DNA of 55,553 bases, filler included, from Dimargaris cristalligena (lineage: Eukaryota), in NCBI GenBank assembly GCA_003614675.1. It is 2 parts of 2 records of this genome, joined end to end, with 100 filler letters (N's around TTAATTAATTAA, not from the genome) between each part and the next. Parts side by side here need not be neighbours in the genome. Positions count along the whole stretch, not along the records: positions 27,845 to 55,553 come from ML002511.1; 1 more part is not named here. One strand, given 5' to 3'. This document shows, piece by piece, positions 49,317 through 55,553 of the stretch. Made by a program: the position numbers and the translations under genes. Every line of letters begins with the position of its first letter. Position 1 is the stretch's first letter. The notes under the pieces were generated by a model. That model did no database searches. It had not been told where the DNA came from and was given only the letters and a program-made list of their open reading frames with translations.

Positions 49317-51035
49317 TTACTCCAATAACGGCGTCGCCTCAGGCTTCTCCTGCTTATTGTAATCGGTGCATTTTACACTCACTATTTCGTCACCTGGATA
49401 AATATTGGCGGTGAGCTCCCCACCCAGATAACAGCTGGTATCAATACCCTTGGCCAGTGGTCGAATATCGAGAGTTTTCAACTCGGTATGGCCGTAGACC
49501 CCCGTCATTCCATCTTGGGAGTGCTTCTGAGCCCACTCCTCCTGCCAATTCTCGTGGGCAGTGTAATATTTGTTCGCAACCTTTAAGTTGGGCATATGTG
49601 GAACATACATGGTGAAGTTTGGGTCTTGATCATCAATGGGCGCGTTCGCATCGACACCCGCGTGGGCCACCACTACTTTTTCATCGAGGTCCGGAAGTTC
49701 AAGGACTAGGGGACAGCTATCCAGATATTTCCAGTCATTGATATCCATTTGGCTATGGTAGAGATTTCCGCCCCACCAGACGAATTAAGGATTGTTAAAA
49801 TCAGAATATTGAATTGGGCAAAAGCGTTAGTCCCGCTAGTTTAGATCACTGAGTATAGTGTTATAGTGCGATTCAACCGTAAACCTATTAACTATAAATA
49901 AAGTCACTCATAAATAGACAGTTGTCTATACCACTTACTTGGTCAATGAAACCTGGGCATCTTTCCACTTCTTGGAAGGTTGCTTTAATTGGATTTCCTT
50001 GCGAATCGAGTATAGGTAGTTTTCGTGATTGCCGCGCACGCATTTGGCCCCAATTTTCTGAGCCAGCCTCACAACCCCGAGCGAGTCCTGTCCCTTATTC
50101 ACCAGATCACCGGCTAGAATGATGAGATCCTCACTCATATTGAAGCTCACTTTTTTCAACAACTTGTTCAAGTCATCCAGCTGACCATGCACATCGCCAA
50201 TGATAATATACCGCTTATGAGTGGCAGGTAGCTTCGCGTATTTAATCAGGGTGTCGTAGTCGAATAGCGGGGGGCCCCAGGATTGGCCGGTTTTCATATT
50301 GTAAAACCGGGAATTGGTTCGACTAGGGCGGTACCCATCCCATTTGTTGCTGCCCTTCGAATCGAGGCTTATATTGGACATACTACTGTTAAGGTCATCC
50401 AGTGATGTTGGAGGGGGCTTATTACCACCAGTCAATGGTCTACCTTCAAGGTTGTTAGTGCCGGGAGCCTTTTTGGATCGTCAGTTATCATTTATCTCGG
50501 CCGCCCCTGAGGCTCTCCAATTGGGGGAGGGGTTAATCTGGCTAGTCTGGTTCGGACGGGAATTTCGATTGAAGCTTCCCCCGCTAATCCCCACCTTTGA
50601 CCAGTTACCACTACCACCTTGGTCGTCGTTAAAGCGGCCCGTGCCAGTCCCGCCCTGACTGTTGTTGTAACGCCCACTGTTGTTCCGACCATTATTCCGC
50701 AAGGAAGAGGGCCCCCCGTCATTCCCAATTGGAGGCCTCGATTTGACCTGATTCTTTTGACCCACCGTAGACCAGGAAGACTCACTGTCAGCCTTCTGGA
50801 ACGGTGGGTCCTGGTTGGTCAGTTGGGTGAGAGGTAGGGCGGGACTTTGGAACCCGAAACTCCCTTGCGTGCGAAAGGCGCCCGGTGGCCGATATACGCC
50901 CATAGACGGCACCTGACTCGACTTGTTATCTATGCCAGACTCCCCTTGCTCAGAGGCCGAGACTTTAGAAATAAGTGGTCCGCACAGGACTAAGTGGAAG
51001 GCGAGGATGAATGCACCACCGAATGTAATCCGCAT
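49317..51035 (-). pseudogene. Calcineurin-like metallophosphoesterase (Ppn2/ApaH-like) with signal peptide and G/N/S-rich linker; single in-frame TGA at 50481-50483
   Basis: ATG 51035 MRITFGGAFILAFHLVLC; same frame continues past the TGA into GDVHG, GDLVNKG, GNHE; intron 49938-49753; then AHAG, YGH, GIDTSC; stop at 49317. Confidence 0.75.
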
Positions 51036-52202
51036 ATTGATGACTGAAATTGGGCAGGCGATAATTAAGAGAATAGATAGCGAGTTTTTCACAGAGAGTA
51101 ATTGACGGCGTCGATAGTAATTGGCAATAGTATAATTAAAAAATGGCAGATATTGTAATTAAGCAGTTGGCAGAAGTAAGGAGAAGGTGCTATAGTTTTA
51201 AGCAAAAATAACTTGTTGACGTTGTAAAAATAGTTAAGTAGACAACTCGCTGATAGTTTGGAGTGGGAAGAAGGATGTTTATATATCCTGAAAGGCACAT
51301 ATCGGCTTTACATACACTAGATAACTACATTGAAACCGCCAAAGGTAAATTAGCCAACGGAAACTGCTTTCAAAGTGGCTTAATGGACGATATTGAGTAT
51401 CAAGTGAGTAACCCGAGCGAGTTGGGGACCTTCATAATTCTAATTTAGACCCCTTTAGAATCGGGTTAGCCGAAGGAGATGTAGAGTACATTGTATCGGT
51501 AGGCTGAGGAGAAAGGGGTGTAATGCTTTCTCTAGCGGGGCGGATAGCCGATTGCAAAAAGCCAGGTCCTGGGCCATTTGAGTGAATACGTCAGACGGTG
51601 GTTCGTCGGGGAGACCACTGAATTATGCATTTCATTAAGTAAAATGTAGTGAAGGGGACCTTTAAGGCTGGGTGTGGGGAGGGGATGCATCTGATGGAAA
51701 GAATAGTATAGTTCGATAAGGATGGCTATAGAGGTGACCCGTTACATCAGCTGCATATTCAATATGGGCCTCGAGTGAGATTGGATATCATATAGCCACT
51801 CGGTCACTTTGGGTCAAGCCTTTAATTTATCCTGCTACCCCTCCCAGAATTTATCGGAATATTGGGTGCGCTCTCTTGGGCCGAAATCATTCCTAAGCAT
51901 CCTCCGCCAAAAAGGTCAAGAGAGGCAATTCAACGCTACTCATCAGTGGGTAGGATAGACGCCAAAAAGTACTTTACGCTTCAATTGATGCCATGGCTAT
52001 TTGTCTGCCACGCAATTGGCATATCGGGTGGCGTAGAGTGGGTAACCTCCCCAGTTAATTTTAAAAGACTATAGATAAACTTAGTACAGATATATAATGC
52101 AGAGAAGAGCACATGAAAGGGGGGGAGGATCTGTAGGGTGTAATAAAAGTCGGGACGTAAGTCGGCTAAGCTGATCCCCAGTTCATCTAAACTTAGACTC
52201 TA

Positions 52203-52344
52203 TATGGGAGTAGTTCAACAAGGCTGTATAACGAAAAATCCATTTGATGAGGCAAATACTACTGGTTGAAAATAAACATCCCACCGATTTTCCCATGCAC
52301 ATATCAGTTAAAACCTTATACAACCAAGCTGAACTTCACCCATA
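52203..52344 (+). mobile_element. ~140-bp MITE, copy 4
   Basis: ta|tatgggagtagttcaacaaggctgtata...tatacaaccaagctgaacttcacccata|ta; TA on both sides. Confidence 0.8.
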
Positions 52345-53188
52345 TACTCTTAGGTTGATTCAGGCCCAAAGGCGATACGGACTTTATTGGTTTGTATGGG
52401 AATTTAATCGCCATTTTCGGGACCAATCTAGAGAGAATCGGCATACTGACACCGCTGCCACATTGACAAAAAAATATTCCTAAATAAAATTAAATGAGAA
52501 CCCCGCCGATAAAAGGGGAATTGGATATGGGATAAAAGAGCGGTTTACATGGTCGACTGACCATATAATAATTGGGGTTGTCATCTGTCAATATAGGATG
52601 AGGTCCCTCTAAGGGGAACATCCCAATTATCCCTATCGCTATCCCTCTCACTGCCACAGTCAGTGTCAAGTCACCCTCTCTTTCCTTGGTCTGCATATTG
52701 ATTTATTATTTACCAGCCCATTCCTTTTCTCCTTTTTTCATAATCAATGCATTGGATGACACGAGAATTCAGTACAGTAGGGTCTTATGGGTGAATATAT
52801 CACCTCTCCTTTACATTATTAATTTTCTTCATTATATGGAAGTGTTAATGGCTAGGACTGAAATCCTTTATATAAAAAAACACACCAGCCGGGACTTTAG
52901 TTCTCTCTTTAAACATTGAACATAGCACCTCCCATGTTCCCTAATCTAAAGCAGGTTGACTGGAGAATTTTGTTACTATATGGTGCACCATTATTGTGGG
53001 GGGGGGGGGGTTACCTGCAAATCATTTGATAAGTAATAAGTAATACAAGCTAGCCTGTGCCTTGGGGCTTCAAAAACCAGCTGTGACTTAACTGAAAGTA
53101 TAACCTACTTCGGACTTACTGTATATTGCCCCTAGGGCTCCCAAATATTGAGGATACTTAAATATACTGCTATTCTATGGTGTCCCCC

Positions 53189-53767
53189 TGTCACCTAGGT
53201 TAACTACTCTCAGTTAATCAAGAGACCTGAGGATAGGCTTCTAATAGTAGGCAGGGCTTAGACTCAGCCAAGTGGGCTACTAGTGTTAGGTACAGGGTAC
53301 AGTACTAACTAATAAAGGCTTAGTGGTAGGTATATATAAGGGATATGTAGTAGGCATACAGACTAGTCAATATGGGGGGAGTAAGTATATATAGAGTTTA
53401 TTGGGAGTAAACTAGGGGTAAGAATAAGCTAAGGAATCTAACTAGTCCCAAATGGGACCCAGTTATATATATGCAGGGATGCCTCCAGAGGGAGGTCCCA
53501 AGGGAAGGATACTACTAAGATTAAGGTATATATGAATAGGCCAACTGGATGGTCATAGGTATCTGGAAGACTCTGAGGGTAACCAGAATAGGCTAATGGA
53601 TTAGTACTGGGAGTGAGTAGTGCAAATTAGTGATTCAGGCTGGGGGAAAAGTTTTATACTAAATGATAACCCCATGATACTGGGTATGACTATAGTAAGG
53701 CTAATATGGTATTATAAGGCCCAATATAGTTGGACATCTAAGCCAGCTGGATTAAGGTAGATTAGAT
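53189..53767 (+). mobile_element. Second, 3'-truncated copy of the element at 3367
   Basis: tgtcacctaggttaac...ggataggcttctaa...gggcttagactcagccaagtggg...cccagttatatatatgcaggga...ggattaaggtagattag is colinear with 3367-~3940; no right-hand TIR. Confidence 0.85.
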
Positions 53768-54528
53768 GGTCCAATTACTTCAACTATTGATTAATTCAAT
53801 AAAATGATACTTAGATTGCTATTATCTTACCAATATCTTCTTTAACATTTTCTGTAATTAGCACTACTATATGCTATTGCACTTCTGCTTTACTAGTATA
53901 TTAGTAATATCTTTATTTTACATACTGTATTTTTTCCTATAAATAAAAACCCACATGGCACCCTTTTGTGTATAGGAAATACGCCTGGGATCAATGAAGT
54001 AAAGGAAATAGTAGTCTATTTAATGAAGAAATCCCTTCAATAGTAGCACTTCAAGTCAATTTACTGGACATTACCTACACCTATTTTTACCATCTACTAC
54101 GAATTCTAATGCCCCCGAATCCTGCTTATCTATATCCGGAAGTATCCCCTCACCTGTAAGTTGGGGACCCTCAGTTCTGATGTTAAATAGTCCTGAGTAG
54201 GCTAAGTACAAGCCCCCATTCATATCCACAACATATCAAAGGTATAGTCATTCAGTGCTAAATTAAATAGCCTAATTCGACCTCAATAGTTCGATTTTAT
54301 GACACACAGACAGGCCATTATAAGATATTAATATAATCAAAAAGTCTGTTTGGCAGGTAAGCTGCGAATAAGTGACAATATTTTACTACTATAAATGCAA
54401 TGCTGATTAAAGCATATACTAGAAGATGGTTAGCTATAGTGGATTTATAAAAGAAAACCCAAATATATGTCGATGAGAATAAATATAGCGTCAAAATAAT
54501 GAAAGGATGGCTGACAATACATAGGGAC

Positions 54529-55447
54529 CTAGCTTTGGCAAGTTTTAACTGAATCACCCATCTGGGAGTCCCACATCTCTTTAAAGATGCCGTTGGGGAC
54601 GGACACCAATTCAGAAAAGGTACCCCGCTCGACAATCTCCCCACCCTGGACCACTGAAATTTGGTCTGCGTAGATGATGGTGGGCAGGCGATGGGCAATG
54701 CCCATGCAAGTTCTGCCCTGAGTGCCACTTTTAATTGCCTCCTGGACTTTCCCCTCGGTAATCATATCCAGGGAGGACGTGGCCTCGTCTAGGAGCAATA
54801 TTTTGGATGGACTGACCAAACCACGCGCAATATTAATGCATTGTTGTTCCCCATCGCTAAGTCCGACCCTATAATTATATTGCGTGTCATAACCTGCGGG
54901 AAGCGACATGATTTTGTCGTGGATTTGCACTTTGCGGGCGGCTTCCTGAACCTCTTCCAAAGTGGCACTTATGTGGGTTGAAGCCGAGCCGTATTGTATA
55001 TTATGCGCAATGGTTGTCATGAGCATGTACGCCATCTTTTAATGGTTAATTTGGTTATATTGGGCCAATTTAATAACAGTCACAGGTCATTTAGGAAGAT
55101 AATGTGTATGGGAATCATGGTTGGCATTTTTCATTAATCAAGTTATATGGATCTGAGGTTTTGTTCAAAACCCCAATAACCGACTGTTAATCAGAGTCTA
55201 AAACTCTAGTGACTTACTTGGGGTATAGTTGAGATGGACTTACGGAGGTCCTTCTGCTTCACGTGGCGTACATCGATGCCATCAATGAGTACACTACCCT
55301 GGTCAACGTCATAATGACGAGCTATTAGTCTGGTGATGGTGGTTTTACCGCCCCCGCTTTTACCGACAATTGCCGTGGTGGTGCCACCTTGCACCTTGAG
55401 GCTTACAGCTTTAAGCACCGGTGTCACAGAGTGGTGGTGTCAGGCCA
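54529..55447 (-). pseudogene. 3' end (nucleotide-binding domain) of an ABCB half-transporter (ATM1/HMT1-like), degenerate
   Basis: Exons ~55447-55218 (Walker A GKSGGGKT, Q-loop IPQ) and 55035-54529 (LSDGEQQC, LLLDEATSSLD, IAHRL). Signature motif degraded and an in-frame TGA at 55442-55440 just upstream. Confidence 0.7.
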
Positions 55448-55553
55448 CTAAAATGAACAACAAAAATATATCAAAAGGGCAGGGTGGCTTCTCCAGGCGA
55501 ACTGGTTTGTCACTCAAATGAAAATATTAATAAAATCAACAGTATAAAGTTTT

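Overview
Eukaryotic (fungal) genomic DNA with GT-AG spliceosomal introns. A TOK-type K+ channel marks it as fungal; BORCS6-like and possible Med30-like genes suggest an early-diverging lineage (inference). The centre (~15-49 kb) is a dense block of mostly conserved genes: GGPP synthase, MetAP1, Rpa43, Tma7, TOK1-like channel, Fip1, Rad2/XPG, two tandem multi-pass membrane paralogs, Rpn13, a Med30-like and a BORCS6-like gene. The flanks (~2-15 kb, ~49-55 kb) are gene-sparse. They hold lineage-specific secreted genes, several with in-frame stops (twice TGA where Trp is expected), a ~695-bp fold-back element with ~110-bp TIRs and a 9-10-bp TSD (second, truncated copy at 53.2 kb) inside CpG-free zones, and a degenerate ABCB transporter 3' end. 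A ~140-bp MITE family has four copies across the window. There is one 100-nt assembly gap linker. No tRNA, rRNA or CRISPR array was recognised. All assignments come from manual reading; no database searches were run.
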